This document shows, one piece after another, positions 1 to 9,649 of a stretch of 64,000 nucleotides of DNA; position 1 is the first letter of the stretch; each line of letters begins with the position of its first letter. The notes below the pieces were generated by a model. That model searched no databases and was not told the DNA's origin. It was given only the letters and a program-made list of their open reading frames with translations. Origin of the DNA: Escherichia phage vB_EcoM_G2540-3; the sequence record MK327944.1; one strand, 5' to 3'. The position numbers and the translations under genes are program-made.

Positions 1-1
1 A

Positions 2-676
2 ACTGAAATGGCAGATGAAATTAATAAAGATATTCTACAGTCTTTGATTACAGTATCAAAACGCTATAAAGTTACAGGAATTACTGATACCGGATTCATT
101 GATTTGAGTTATGCATCTGCACCTGAAGCTGGTCGTTCATTATACCGAATGGTGTGTGAAATGGTTTCACATATCCAGAAAGAATCAACTTACACAGCAA
201 CGTTCTGTGTTGCTTCAGCTCGTGCCGCCGCGATTCTTGCTGCATCAGGTTGGTTAAAACATAAACCAGAAGATGACAAATATCTTTCACAAAATGCCTA
301 CGGGTTCTTAGCTAATGGTTTACCGCTTTATTGTGATACTAACAGCCCATTAGATTATGTAATCGTTGGTGTGGTAGAAAATATTGGCGAAAAAGAAATT
401 GTTGGATCAATTTTCTATGCTCCGTATACAGAAGGTCTTGACTTAGATGACCCTGAACATGTAGGTGCATTTAAAGTTGTAGTTGATCCAGAAAGTTTGC
501 AGCCATCTATCGGTTTATTAGTTAGATATGCTTTATCTGCAAATCCTTACACTGTAGCAAAAGATGAAAAAGAAGCAAGAATAATTGATGGTGGAGACAT
601 GGATAAAATGGCGGGTCGTTCAGATTTGTCTGTTTTATTAGGTGTTAAGCTACCAAAAATTATCGTTGATGAATAA
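2..676 (+). CDS. 24: Head vertex protein gp24, C-terminal part (ORF open to window start)
   Basis: Open frame runs from position 2 with no upstream stop; followed by rnlB as in T4; terminator hairpin immediately downstream. Confidence 0.75.
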   Translation, partial: TEMADEINKDILQSLITVSKRYKVTGITDTGFIDLSYASAPEAGRSLYRMVCEMVSHIQKESTYTATFCVASARAAAILAASGWLKHKPEDDKYLSQNAYGFLANGLPLYCDTNSPLDYVIVGVVENIGEKEIVGSIFYAPYTEGLDLDDPEHVGAFKVVVDPESLQPSIGLLVRYALSANPYTVAKDEKEARIIDGGDMDKMAGRSDLSVLLGVKLPKIIVDE

Positions 677-681
677 AACAA

Positions 682-707
682 AGGGACCTTTCGGTCCCTT
701 TTTATTT
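682..707 (+). terminator. Intrinsic terminator (hairpin agggacctttcggtccct plus T-run) between 24 and rnlB
   Basis: GC-rich inverted repeat followed by TTTTT; A-run on the other side so may act bidirectionally. Confidence 0.6.
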
Positions 708-1710
708 AACTTACCAATTCAATCCAAGCCGGACGAAGTACATCTTGTACCATTTTAACTAATTCCTTTTTAACCAAAGAAGGATTATCTGCTTGAGTTA
801 GAGTAATACCTTCACGAGAAGTTTCTTCCAAAATATCTTGAACAGTTAGTCCCATCACCTTTCCAAAATCCTTTGGACCAATTTCGCCAATTTTAGAAAT
901 AACGTTATTTACTCGGTTCAGTGTAACGTAACAAGCTAAAATTCCCACCAATTTGTTATCAGCTTCTGACAGTTCAACTTTAGCTTTAATAGGTTTATCA
1001 GACTTTTTCTTTTCGCTAAATTTAGAGTTCTTGCATTTAATCGCTACGCGATTGCCATTAGGCATCCAAGAAGGATAACAAGGTTTCAATACATATCCTT
1101 CAGCAGTAAATACTTCGCCTTTTGCTTCGGCATTCCAGACGCATTTATTTGCATCAACTAATCCAGCATGGTCTACTGTAAAATTATAATCTTGGACGAC
1201 AGAATCTAAATCATTTGGCAATTTAATAAGCTCTTCAAATTTACCGCGACCCAAAAGTGGAGCCATTTTAAATTTAAATGTATTACAGAATGATTCCATC
1301 ATATAATCATCGACATAAGTCACATCACCACTTTCGGTAGTAACAATAATGTCAAATACATAAAAATCTTTATCACCATAATCGACATTCTTCTGAATGC
1401 CAGGTCCAGCGAATTCGCCAAAGACTTGATAAAATACAACTGCCGAAGTTTCCATAATATCTTGTACTGCTTTAATGGAATCAGCGTAATTCTTTAGAAT
1501 AATTTCATACCCAAAGAAATCTTCAGCAGGAAGAATCGGTCCAGTACGTTTAGCACAAGTTGCTTTATCACGCTCAATAATCAATGAAAAGTTTGTACCG
1601 TGAATCTTTTCACGAGCTACCCATTCGCCACCAGTCAATCCTAAACTGTAAAGTTTTTCAATGAATTTAGAATTGTAATGATTTTCAAGACTGCTATACT
1701 TTTTAAACAT
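706..1710 (-). CDS. rnlB: RNA ligase 2 (Rnl2)
   Basis: 334 aa, N-terminus [20 protein letters not shown] with ligase KIHGTN lysine motif; matches T4 Rnl2 length and position. Confidence 0.93.
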   Translation of the reverse strand: MFKKYSSLENHYNSKFIEKLYSLGLTGGEWVAREKIHGTNFSLIIERDKATCAKRTGPILPAEDFFGYEIILKNYADSIKAVQDIMETSAVVFYQVFGEFAGPGIQKNVDYGDKDFYVFDIIVTTESGDVTYVDDYMMESFCNTFKFKMAPLLGRGKFEELIKLPNDLDSVVQDYNFTVDHAGLVDANKCVWNAEAKGEVFTAEGYVLKPCYPSWMPNGNRVAIKCKNSKFSEKKKSDKPIKAKVELSEADNKLVGILACYVTLNRVNNVISKIGEIGPKDFGKVMGLTVQDILEETSREGITLTQADNPSLVKKELVKMVQDVLRPAWIELVS

Positions 1711-1719
1711 AATTAATCC

Positions 1720-1998
1720 TCAGAATGTAATTTCTAACCAATCACCATCACGCTGATCACTATTGACTTTAAAGCTAAATCCTTCTTTTCTCAGCCAATT
1801 ACCAATTTCTTCAGTAATCAATTTATCACGAGCAGTACAATAATAACTAAAATATGTTTTACCTTGTTCAGCTGCTTTATTAGCAAGTTCCGAAAAATCT
1901 TTAATAAAACACTCTAGCTTAAACTGTTTGCTTTTAAGTGCTTTTTCGCGTAATTGATTAGCAAAAGATTCATTTTCATAAAGATCATACTGTTCCAT
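1720..1998 (-). CDS. Conserved hypothetical protein (T4 24.2 position)
   Basis: 92-aa ATG ORF, tightly packed downstream of rnlB neighbourhood. Confidence 0.55.
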   Translation of the reverse strand: MEQYDLYENESFANQLREKALKSKQFKLECFIKDFSELANKAAEQGKTYFSYYCTARDKLITEEIGNWLRKEGFSFKVNSDQRDGDWLEITF

Positions 1999-2200
1999 TT
2001 TTCACCTTTTTATTAATATGTCTTTTTCTATAGACAACTTTTTCTCGAGTCTCAAATTTATTCTTAGCAGTCATAGCTCGAGCCCATAATACAGCCACTT
2101 CTTTCGCCTGTAAGTTCAATTCACGAGCAATTTCAATGAATGACTTTCCAGACTCATGGAGTGTAAACACCACAACCTCAGTTCTCATAATCAATCTCAT
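1985..2200 (-). CDS. Conserved hypothetical protein (T4 24.3 position)
   Basis: 71-aa ATG ORF overlapping next gene. Confidence 0.5.
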   Translation of the reverse strand: MRLIMRTEVVVFTLHESGKSFIEIARELNLQAKEVAVLWARAMTAKNKFETREKVVYRKRHINKKVKNGTV

Positions 2201-2257
2201 GTTATCGAGTTGATGCCATTATATACATCGTTTTCTGATTGTGTTTTGTGTGCTTTC

Positions 2258-2285
2258 AAAATGAAGAAAGGGGCCGAAGCCCCTG
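2258..2285 (-). terminator. Intrinsic terminator downstream of hoc (aggggccgaagcccct)
   Basis: Hairpin followed by T-run on minus strand. Confidence 0.55.
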
Positions 2286-2288
2286 AGA

Positions 2289-3707
2289 TTATGGATAGGT
2301 ATAAATGATACCAGTTTCTAAAGCAGTTTTATGAATGATGTATCCATTGCGCGATTCTTGAACATCAACTTCTGGATAGTCTTTCATCATCTTCTGAAGA
2401 GTGTAACGATGCAGGTAGTATTTACTATCTGGATCTTCAGTTTTCCAATCTTTACCTTCTTCAGTCATTTTTTGGATTTCATCCATAACCCACCAACCGC
2501 ACCAGATATAAGCTGAGCTACGATGTGGAAGAGGATGAACATAAGGTAATTCACCTTCTGGTTCCGGAGCAACTTTATCAGTCACTTGAACTTGACCTGT
2601 GGCTTTAACTGTTTTACTATCATAGTCAGTTGCTGTAACGACAGCAGTAACTTCAATAGTTTGACTTCCAATAGATGAGGTATCAACAGTATATACGTTA
2701 GTTGACCCTTCCACAGGAGAAGAATCTTTCTTCCATGAGTAAGTAATTTGTGCTGCTTCAGGTGCGCCATTAACATTAGCAGTAAATGTAGCCGAAGCAT
2801 CTTGCTGAACATTAATAGAAGGAGGAGTCAATGTAACCTGTGGATTCATTGTCTTCTTATTAACTGTCAATGATACTTCATTGGAAGTAACTTCCTTTTC
2901 ATTATAATTTTCTGCAGTTACTTGGGCTACGCATTTAATTCTTTTTACTCCACTTGTAGTTGGAGTATAGTTAAATGTAGAGTTAGTTTCTCCACCAACT
3001 TGTGAATCATCTACATACCACTGATACGTAGCAGACGCTCCGTCAGGTTGAGAAGCTAATGCAGCAGTAAATTGAACCGGGGTTCCAATTACTCCAGCAG
3101 CAGGACTAGCAGGAGTTACTGCCAAGGTAGTTGTCTGTGTCTTTTTATTAACTGTCAATGATACTTCATTGGAAGTAACGCTCAGTGCATCATAATCTGT
3201 CGCAGTTACTTGAGCTACACACTTAATTTTTTTAACTCCGCTTGTAGTAGGAGTATAATTGAATGTAGCAGAAGTTGCTTCGCTCACAGGAGAACCGTCA
3301 ACGTACCATTGATACGTAGCAGATGCGCCCGATGGCTGTGAAGCTAAGGCAGCAGTAAATTCAACGGCTGTTCCGATTACTCCTTCTGGAGGACTATTAG
3401 GAGTTACAGCTAAAGTAGTTGTCTGTGTTTTATTTTGAACTGTAATAGTTGTACTAATTTCAGCTGTTTCAGCTTCAGAATCAGGAATAGTATTTGTTGC
3501 AACTACCTTAATAGTCTTTTGACCAGCAGGTCCTTTTAATACATAATCAAAAGTTGCTGCTGATCCTTCTTGGGGAGCATTATCTACGCTCCAAGCATAG
3601 GTAATAGTTCCACCTCCAGTTTCACCACTGGGTGTAGCAGTAAACTGCTTGGTTTCATCAATAACCCCTGTTGGTGTTTTAGGAGTTATATCAACTGTAA
3701 AAGCCAT
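2289..3707 (-). CDS. hoc: Highly immunogenic outer capsid protein Hoc with tandem Ig-like domains
   Basis: 472 aa with repeated Ig-like modules (…TYQWYVD…FNYTPTTSGVK.IKCVAQVTA…); position between rnlB and inh as in T4. Confidence 0.85.
   Translation of the reverse strand: MAFTVDITPKTPTGVIDETKQFTATPSGETGGGTITYAWSVDNAPQEGSAATFDYVLKGPAGQKTIKVVATNTIPDSEAETAEISTTITVQNKTQTTTLAVTPNSPPEGVIGTAVEFTAALASQPSGASATYQWYVDGSPVSEATSATFNYTPTTSGVKKIKCVAQVTATDYDALSVTSNEVSLTVNKKTQTTTLAVTPASPAAGVIGTPVQFTAALASQPDGASATYQWYVDDSQVGGETNSTFNYTPTTSGVKRIKCVAQVTAENYNEKEVTSNEVSLTVNKKTMNPQVTLTPPSINVQQDASATFTANVNGAPEAAQITYSWKKDSSPVEGSTNVYTVDTSSIGSQTIEVTAVVTATDYDSKTVKATGQVQVTDKVAPEPEGELPYVHPLPHRSSAYIWCGWWVMDEIQKMTEEGKDWKTEDPDSKYYLHRYTLQKMMKDYPEVDVQESRNGYIIHKTALETGIIYTYP
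2858..3433. repeat. Two tandem ~288-bp repeats (approx 85-90% identical) inside hoc encoding duplicated Ig-like domains
   Basis: Motif ttattaactgtcaatgatacttcattggaagtaac recurs at 2858 and 3146; protein shows two near-identical 96-aa modules. Confidence 0.8.
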
Positions 3708-3716
3708 AAGTTATCC

Positions 3717-4397
3717 TTATTTTAATGTTACGAAAGAAGAATTGCGTGTTTCACGAATTAGAACTGATCCGTCACGATTAATGTAGTAAATTAAGCTAAA
3801 TAAGGTTTGGTGTGCCGACGCGTGTTCAAAACTAGTTGGGTGAGATTTCCAATCCGGAGTTTCAGCAATCCACTGGTAAATCCACCAAGGAACCGTGCAA
3901 AATCCTGGATTTTTTCCAATCAACTGAAGATTCGGGCTAAAGTTTTCTGGAAGAGTGAATACAGACGGCTTTTCAGATTCAATAATCTCAGCTACAGCCT
4001 GTTCGAATTTTTCTTCAACAAAAGGAGTATCTTCAATCAAAACATCGATATTTTCAGGAATTTTATCCGTTTCTACTACTTCAATTTTAATGTCAGATTT
4101 AACCGGAGAATCAATCAGAAGTGCTGCTTCTGGATTGACTTCTTCATCGTCATATTTTAACCCCTCTGCGGCATCAGCAGCATTTATTAAGTCTTTAATA
4201 GATAACCCATCAGTCTCTGGCATAGGTTCACTAGCGAGCTTCTGGAGGGCTTCTTCAATATCAATAACGATATTATCAAAAGATTTATTCTTTTTGACCT
4301 TTATACCAAACTGTTCAGCATATTCAGCTAATTTAGCCTTAGCTTCTTTATTATCATCAAGAGCCTTCAGCTCTGCAATATAATCTTTATCTATCAT
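3717..4397 (-). CDS. inh: Inhibitor of prohead protease (Inh)
   Basis: 226 aa, same length and position as T4 Inh next to hoc. Confidence 0.75.
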   Translation of the reverse strand: MIDKDYIAELKALDDNKEAKAKLAEYAEQFGIKVKKNKSFDNIVIDIEEALQKLASEPMPETDGLSIKDLINAADAAEGLKYDDEEVNPEAALLIDSPVKSDIKIEVVETDKIPENIDVLIEDTPFVEEKFEQAVAEIIESEKPSVFTLPENFSPNLQLIGKNPGFCTVPWWIYQWIAETPDWKSHPTSFEHASAHQTLFSLIYYINRDGSVLIRETRNSSFVTLK

Positions 4398-4446
4398 AAT
4401 ATTTCCTCAGTATAAATATAGATATATTTATTACTCGGAAAATAGT

Positions 4447-5064
4447 ATGTACCACTTTGTATATGAAACAACAAATCTAATAAATGGTAAAAAGTATATA
4501 GGAAAACACTCTACTGATGACTTGAATGATGGTTACCTTGGTTCCGGTAAGGCAATTCAGCAGGCTATAAAGAAATATGGTGAAAACAATTTCTCTAGAA
4601 CAATACTAAAAGAGTTTAAAACTTCCGAAGAAGCGTACATGTATGAAGAAGAAATTATAACTCCTGAAATAATAAAAAGCAAAAATTATTATAATATGAA
4701 ACCTGGCGGAATTGGTGGAATTGTTATGACTACAGAGGTTATAGCAAAGATGAAAGAATCTTCCGCTAAGAGATTTGAAAACTCACCGGGCACGGTATTA
4801 GGTACAACTTGTTACACTAATGGAACTAAAAATATTTTTATTAAGCCTGGAGAACTTGTTCCAGAAGGATTTGTAAAAGGGATGGTTCATCCTAATAGAA
4901 AGTCCAGAAAAGGATGTAAAGTCAAACCGACTACCACAGGAACTTTTTGGGTCAATAATGGTGCAATAAATAAATTAATACAACCAGACGGTATTATTCC
5001 CGACGGATTTATTAAAGGTCGTCTCATGAAAAGAGATTCTAAAGGCAAATTTAGTAAGGCATAA
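4447..5064 (+). CDS. segE: GIY-YIG homing endonuclease, SegE-like
   Basis: N-terminal GIY-YIG module (YHFVYETTNLINGKKYIGKHS…); located between inh and uvsW exactly where T4 segE lies. Confidence 0.8.
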   Translation: MYHFVYETTNLINGKKYIGKHSTDDLNDGYLGSGKAIQQAIKKYGENNFSRTILKEFKTSEEAYMYEEEIITPEIIKSKNYYNMKPGGIGGIVMTTEVIAKMKESSAKRFENSPGTVLGTTCYTNGTKNIFIKPGELVPEGFVKGMVHPNRKSRKGCKVKPTTTGTFWVNNGAINKLIQPDGIIPDGFIKGRLMKRDSKGKFSKA

Positions 5065-5066
5065 TT

Positions 5067-6575
5067 ATGGATATTAAAGTACATTTTCACGACTTCAGTC
5101 ATGTACGCATCGATTGTGAAGAGAGCACGTTCCACGAATTAAGAGATTTCTTTTCGTTTGAGGCCGATGGATATAGATTTAACCCTCGCTTCAGATATGG
5201 CAACTGGGATGGACGAATCCGTCTTTTAGATTATAATCGTCTTCTTCCGTTTGGCTTAGTCGGGCAAATTAAAAAGTTCTGTGATAACTTTGGCTATAAA
5301 GCCTGGATTGACCCGCAAATTAACGAAAAAGAAGAATTATCAAGAAAAGATTTTGATGAATGGCTTTCTAAATTAGAAATCTATTCAGGAAATAAAAGAA
5401 TTGAACCGCACTGGTATCAAAAAGATGCAGTGTTCGAAGGATTAGTTAATCGTCGTAGAATTCTTAATCTTCCAACATCCGCAGGTAAATCTTTAATTCA
5501 AGCTTTGCTTGCACGTTATTATTTGGAAAATTATGAAGGTAAAATTCTTATCATTGTTCCAACAACTGCTCTGACAACTCAGATGGCTGATGACTTCGTC
5601 GACTATCGTTTATTCAGTCATGCAATGATAAAGAAAATTGGTGGCGGAGCATCAAAAGATGATAAATATAAAAATGATGCACCAGTCGTTGTTGGTACAT
5701 GGCAAACTGTAGTTAAACAACCGAAAGAATGGTTCTCACAGTTTGGAATGATGATGAATGATGAATGTCATCTTGCTACAGGAAAAAGTATTTCATCTAT
5801 CATATCAGGTTTAAATAACTGCATGTTCAAATTCGGTTTGTCTGGTTCATTACGTGATGGCAAAGCCAATATCATGCAGTATGTTGGAATGTTTGGTGAA
5901 ATATTTAAGCCAGTAACGACTTCTAAATTAATGGAAGATGGACAAGTAACTGAGCTAAAAATTAATAGTATTTTTCTTCGCTATCCAGATGAGTTCACTA
6001 CTAAATTAAAGGGAAAAACTTATCAAGAAGAAATAAAAATTATTACTGGGCTCAGTAAAAGAAATAAATGGATCGCTAAATTAGCTATTAAGCTTGCGCA
6101 AAAAGATGAAAACGCTTTTGTCATGTTTAAACATGTATCACATGGTAAAGCTATTTTCGATTTAATTAAAAACGAATACGATAAAGTTTATTACGTATCA
6201 GGGGAAGTTGATACAGAAACCCGCAATATAATGAAAACCTTAGCTGAAAACGGTAAAGGAATAATTATAGTAGCTAGTTATGGTGTATTTTCTACTGGTA
6301 TTTCAGTTAAAAATCTGCATCACGTTGTTTTAGCACACGGTGTTAAATCAAAAATCATTGTATTACAAACAATCGGTCGTGTATTACGTAAGCATGGTTC
6401 TAAAACAATCGCAACAGTCTGGGACCTCATAGATGACGCGGGTGTAGTTTCTAAATCAAAAACATCTTCTAAAAAATACTCGCATTTAAACTATCTTTTA
6501 AAACATGGACTTGATCGTATTCAGCGTTATGCTGATGAAAAGTTTAATTATGTGATGAAAGAGGTTAAACTTTGA
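5067..6575 (+). CDS. uvsW: UvsW RNA-DNA/DNA helicase
   Basis: 502 aa, SF2 helicase motifs (LNLPTSAGKS Walker A, DECH box); N-terminus MDIKVHFHDF. Confidence 0.92.
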   Translation: MDIKVHFHDFSHVRIDCEESTFHELRDFFSFEADGYRFNPRFRYGNWDGRIRLLDYNRLLPFGLVGQIKKFCDNFGYKAWIDPQINEKEELSRKDFDEWLSKLEIYSGNKRIEPHWYQKDAVFEGLVNRRRILNLPTSAGKSLIQALLARYYLENYEGKILIIVPTTALTTQMADDFVDYRLFSHAMIKKIGGGASKDDKYKNDAPVVVGTWQTVVKQPKEWFSQFGMMMNDECHLATGKSISSIISGLNNCMFKFGLSGSLRDGKANIMQYVGMFGEIFKPVTTSKLMEDGQVTELKINSIFLRYPDEFTTKLKGKTYQEEIKIITGLSKRNKWIAKLAIKLAQKDENAFVMFKHVSHGKAIFDLIKNEYDKVYYVSGEVDTETRNIMKTLAENGKGIIIVASYGVFSTGISVKNLHHVVLAHGVKSKIIVLQTIGRVLRKHGSKTIATVWDLIDDAGVVSKSKTSSKKYSHLNYLLKHGLDRIQRYADEKFNYVMKEVKL

Positions 6576-7264
6576 ATTATAAATTAATATATGATAATTT
6601 AATTAATAGAGCCCAAAATCGGGCTCGCCTTAATGGATACACTGAAACACATCATATAATTCCTAGATGTATGGGTGGTACAAATGATAAGTGTAATTTA
6701 GTAGAACTAACGGCTGAAGAACATTTTATAGCCCATAAACTTTTAGCTAAAATTCATCCAAACCATTACGGTATAATTAAAGCTGTTATATGTATGGGGA
6801 TGAATTCAAATACTCATGAAAGACACGTTAATAAATCTTACGCATGGGAACGTCGTAAAATGGCAGAACTTCAATCCGGCGAAGGTAATCCATTTTACGG
6901 AAAACACCATACGGAAGAACATAAACAATATATGTCAAAACTCATGAAAAGTCGTCCAATTACATGGGGAAATAAAATTAGTAAAACTAAAAGAATGAAC
7001 CCAACGAAATGGACTGAAGAAGCTAAAAGATTACATTCAATCAATCAATCGGGTAAAAATAACGGCATGTATGGAAGGAAACATTCCGCTAAATCTATTC
7101 AGAAAATTAAAGATAACATGCCAGATAATTCAGGAGCTAATAACCCAGCTGCTAAACCTATAGAAGTAAATGGTGTTAAGTATAAATGTATGAAAGATGC
7201 TTCTAAAGCTACTGGATTATCAATGTACAAACTAAGAATACTTAGAAAAACAGTTAATTTATAA
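6572..7264 (+). CDS. HNH homing endonuclease, MobE-like, apparent TTG start overlapping uvsW stop
   Basis: HNH motif HHIIPRCMGG…NLVELTAEEHFIAH; N-terminus nearly identical in pattern to MobE at 33443-34177; repeated NUMOD-like G.HH..E/KH motifs. Confidence 0.8.
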   Translation: MNYKLIYDNLINRAQNRARLNGYTETHHIIPRCMGGTNDKCNLVELTAEEHFIAHKLLAKIHPNHYGIIKAVICMGMNSNTHERHVNKSYAWERRKMAELQSGEGNPFYGKHHTEEHKQYMSKLMKSRPITWGNKISKTKRMNPTKWTEEAKRLHSINQSGKNNGMYGRKHSAKSIQKIKDNMPDNSGANNPAAKPIEVNGVKYKCMKDASKATGLSMYKLRILRKTVNL

Positions 7265-7289
7265 GGGCTTCGGCCCTTTGGAGAAAAAG

Positions 7290-7520
7290 ATGTTACTAAA
7301 ATTTAAACAATTTCTTTATGAAGCTTCTATTGATGAATTTATGGGTAAAATTGCCTCTTGTCAAACATTAGAAGGTTTAGAAGAACTTGAAGCTTATTAT
7401 AAGAAAAGAGTCAAAGAAACTGAATTAAAAGATACTGATGACATCTCTGTGAGAGATGCTTTGGCAGGAAAAAGAGCTGAATTAGAAGATTCAGACGATG
7501 AAGTAGAAGAAAGCTTTTAA
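7290..7520 (+). CDS. uvsW.1: UvsW.1 small protein
   Basis: 76 aa from ATG at 7290 with SD ggagaaaaag; the track ORF begins at an upstream TTG. Confidence 0.75.
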   Translation: MLLKFKQFLYEASIDEFMGKIASCQTLEGLEELEAYYKKRVKETELKDTDDISVRDALAGKRAELEDSDDEVEESF

Positions 7521-7575
7521 ATTAAAAAAGGCCCAACCAAAAAGGAAGGGCCAAAACTATAGACTAAAGGTCACA

Positions 7576-7743
7576 CTATAGCAAAAGTTGTGTTTCATTT
7601 AATTGTTCTTCCGAACTTTCTGAAACTGGTAGTTCTTTAATGTAATTATAGCAAGGCCCAGGATGTACAGGACCTTTGTCTGTTTCAACAACCAATGCAG
7701 AATCAATTGGAGTTTTACAGACAACACAAATCTTATCTGACAT
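7576..7743 (-). CDS. Small Cys-rich protein (uvsY.-2 position), 55 aa
   Basis: Hand-translated ATG ORF MSDKICVVCKTPIDSALVVETDKGPVHPGPCYNY…; below the 60-aa track cutoff. Confidence 0.5.
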   Translation of the reverse strand: MSDKICVVCKTPIDSALVVETDKGPVHPGPCYNYIKELPVSESSEEQLNETQLLL

Positions 7744-7866
7744 GATTGTCTCCTCTGAATTATATATCTATTTATAACCCCATCTTAAAACGCATTTCTT
7801 GTACACGCTTTAAACATGCTTCCATTTTTGCTAAAAGTCTAAATACTTCTTTATAATTTGTCATAT

Positions 7867-8094
7867 TTACCCCATATCTCTCATATGCATATTAATGCCC
7901 ATATCTTTAGAATAAAAATATTCATCAAGATATCCGGCAAATTTTCCTTTAATATAAAGGACATCTTCACCACACGGGTGGTCGGCCAGGATACGAATAT
8001 CCTGACGCTTGAGATTATACTTTTTCATTAAGAATTGAATTTCCGTTTCAAATTCTTCTTCATAATTAAAAGCATCATCAATGCTATATCTCAC
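7867..8094 (-). CDS. Conserved hypothetical protein (uvsY.-1 position)
   Basis: 75-aa ORF directly downstream of uvsY; start codon appears to be GTG overlapping the uvsY stop. Confidence 0.55.
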   Translation of the reverse strand: MRYSIDDAFNYEEEFETEIQFLMKKYNLKRQDIRILADHPCGEDVLYIKGKFAGYLDEYFYSKDMGINMHMRDMG

Positions 8095-8507
8095 TATTTT
8101 CCAGCCTCAAATGCCCGCATGTCTTGAATATGCTTAATAGCAAATCCGCGTGATTTAATAGCATCAAGAGCTCCGCTACAGAAATCTAATAAAATCCCCC
8201 AATACTGTAACGAGGTATCAACCTTTAAAACATCCTTATCAGCTGATAGAACTGTCTTCATTTCTGATTTCTCGTAACGATCCATACTAAATTCATCACC
8301 ATCTCCTCGTCCCGAGTAGTAGTCTAATTTAGCTTTAAGAGCAACTTTTTTCTGTGCTTCAATTCTAAGCATTTCCTTTTTAATACTTGAATGCTTATTA
8401 AGCCATTTACTATATAACATCACATTATTAGCTGCTTCATATTGTAATTTAGTCGAATCTATAAACACATCTTTCTTCAATTCTTCTTGAAGATCTTCTA
8501 ATTTCAT
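8094..8507 (-). CDS. uvsY: UvsY recombination mediator
   Basis: 137 aa; N-terminus MKLEDLQEELKKDVFIDSTKLQYEAANNVMLYSKWLNKH near-identical to T4 UvsY. Confidence 0.95.
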   Translation of the reverse strand: MKLEDLQEELKKDVFIDSTKLQYEAANNVMLYSKWLNKHSSIKKEMLRIEAQKKVALKAKLDYYSGRGDGDEFSMDRYEKSEMKTVLSADKDVLKVDTSLQYWGILLDFCSGALDAIKSRGFAIKHIQDMRAFEAGK

Positions 8508-8573
8508 ACTGTTCTCTATTCAATTGTTATTGGATGGACTTAGATTCATTATACCACGTTTATACGTGAAGCA

Positions 8574-8972
8574 TTATACTCTATTACTGGAAGCCAGTTG
8601 CAGTTTTATCTGCTCAATATCATCAGGGTTATCAATGACCGAAAAGCGTATTTCTACTATCAGAGTATAATCATCATAAACCGGTATTACATTAACTGCT
8701 AATTTATCAATACGTGGCTCATAGTTTCTTACTGCGCTTTCGATGTTACGCTCAACCGTATCAGCAGTAAGAGGAGTCATATTTTCAAAAAGCTGATCTG
8801 ATAAATCACATCCAAATTCAGGGTCAAACGGTCTTGAACCTTTTCTGGTTGTAATAATTCCTAAAAGGCTATTTTTAATTGACCTTAATCCAAGAGATCT
8901 GGAAACGTCTTTGTCCCAGTCCATTTTCATTTCTGGGTCGATGTCAGAATAAAGCTTATTAATATTTGCCAT
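8574..8972 (-). CDS. 25: Baseplate wedge protein gp25
   Basis: 132 aa, T4 gene order uvsY-25-26. Confidence 0.9.
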   Translation of the reverse strand: MANINKLYSDIDPEMKMDWDKDVSRSLGLRSIKNSLLGIITTRKGSRPFDPEFGCDLSDQLFENMTPLTADTVERNIESAVRNYEPRIDKLAVNVIPVYDDYTLIVEIRFSVIDNPDDIEQIKLQLASSNRV

Positions 8973-9598
8973 TATAGTAACTCAAAGAATTCTTTGAGTC
9001 CTCTTATTACATGAGCGTGAGTTTTTCCACACTCTGGACACTTAATTGGAACAGCCAAATAAACAGTAGGCTTTAAAAGCATATCTTTTATAGCTACAAT
9101 ATCTGACTCTGTGATGATAGAGTATAAATCTTCCAGTTCTTTTTCATTTAAGTCTTCAACTGGAATGCTTTCCCCGTTAGCATGAATCGTTTCTATGCAT
9201 GATACTATCATGTGGGCTATATTTTTATCATCAAAAATTTTAGGGTATCGGAATTTAATTTTAATGTCACCTAGTGTATACCAGAGGTCTTCTGGTGCAT
9301 CTATTTGTGTATGTAATAGATTTATATGGGTTGGTATTTCAGTTCCACAGGTGCACTTCCAGGAGTTTTCGTGATTAACTTCTCCAAGAGAATGCGCCCA
9401 TAAATGAATCAGTAATAGTTCTGATTCTTGGCGGTTTAAATCTTTTGCATTTGTACAGTCTTTGATTAGCTTTTTAACAATCTCTTCTACTGAACCATTC
9501 TTTTTAGCAGTAATAAGTTCTAGATATTCTTTAAGCGTGAATGCGCGACAATTGATTATTTTAGAACCAACTCTCACATCAAATTTGTATTCATACAT
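8972..9598 (-). CDS. 26: Baseplate hub protein gp26
   Basis: 208 aa, adjacent to 25, divergent from 51. Confidence 0.85.
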   Translation of the reverse strand: MYEYKFDVRVGSKIINCRAFTLKEYLELITAKKNGSVEEIVKKLIKDCTNAKDLNRQESELLLIHLWAHSLGEVNHENSWKCTCGTEIPTHINLLHTQIDAPEDLWYTLGDIKIKFRYPKIFDDKNIAHMIVSCIETIHANGESIPVEDLNEKELEDLYSIITESDIVAIKDMLLKPTVYLAVPIKCPECGKTHAHVIRGLKEFFELL

Positions 9599-9624
9599 AT
9601 TTTAGCTCCTTTATTTATCATATT

Positions 9625-9632
9625 TATAAATA
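9625..9632 (+). promoter_or_regulatory. T4 late promoter box TATAAATA upstream of gene 51 (region also reads TATAAATA-like on minus strand for gene 26)
   Basis: Exact TATAAATA about 18 nt upstream of the 51 ATG with SD aaaggag. Confidence 0.6.
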
Positions 9633-9649
9633 GAATAAAAGGAGCATCT

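Noticed and set aside
3807-4383. Plus-strand ORFs of 117 and 142 aa inside inh
   Set aside because: Antisense to a well-supported gene, low-complexity composition (Ser/Phe/Ile rich), no start context.
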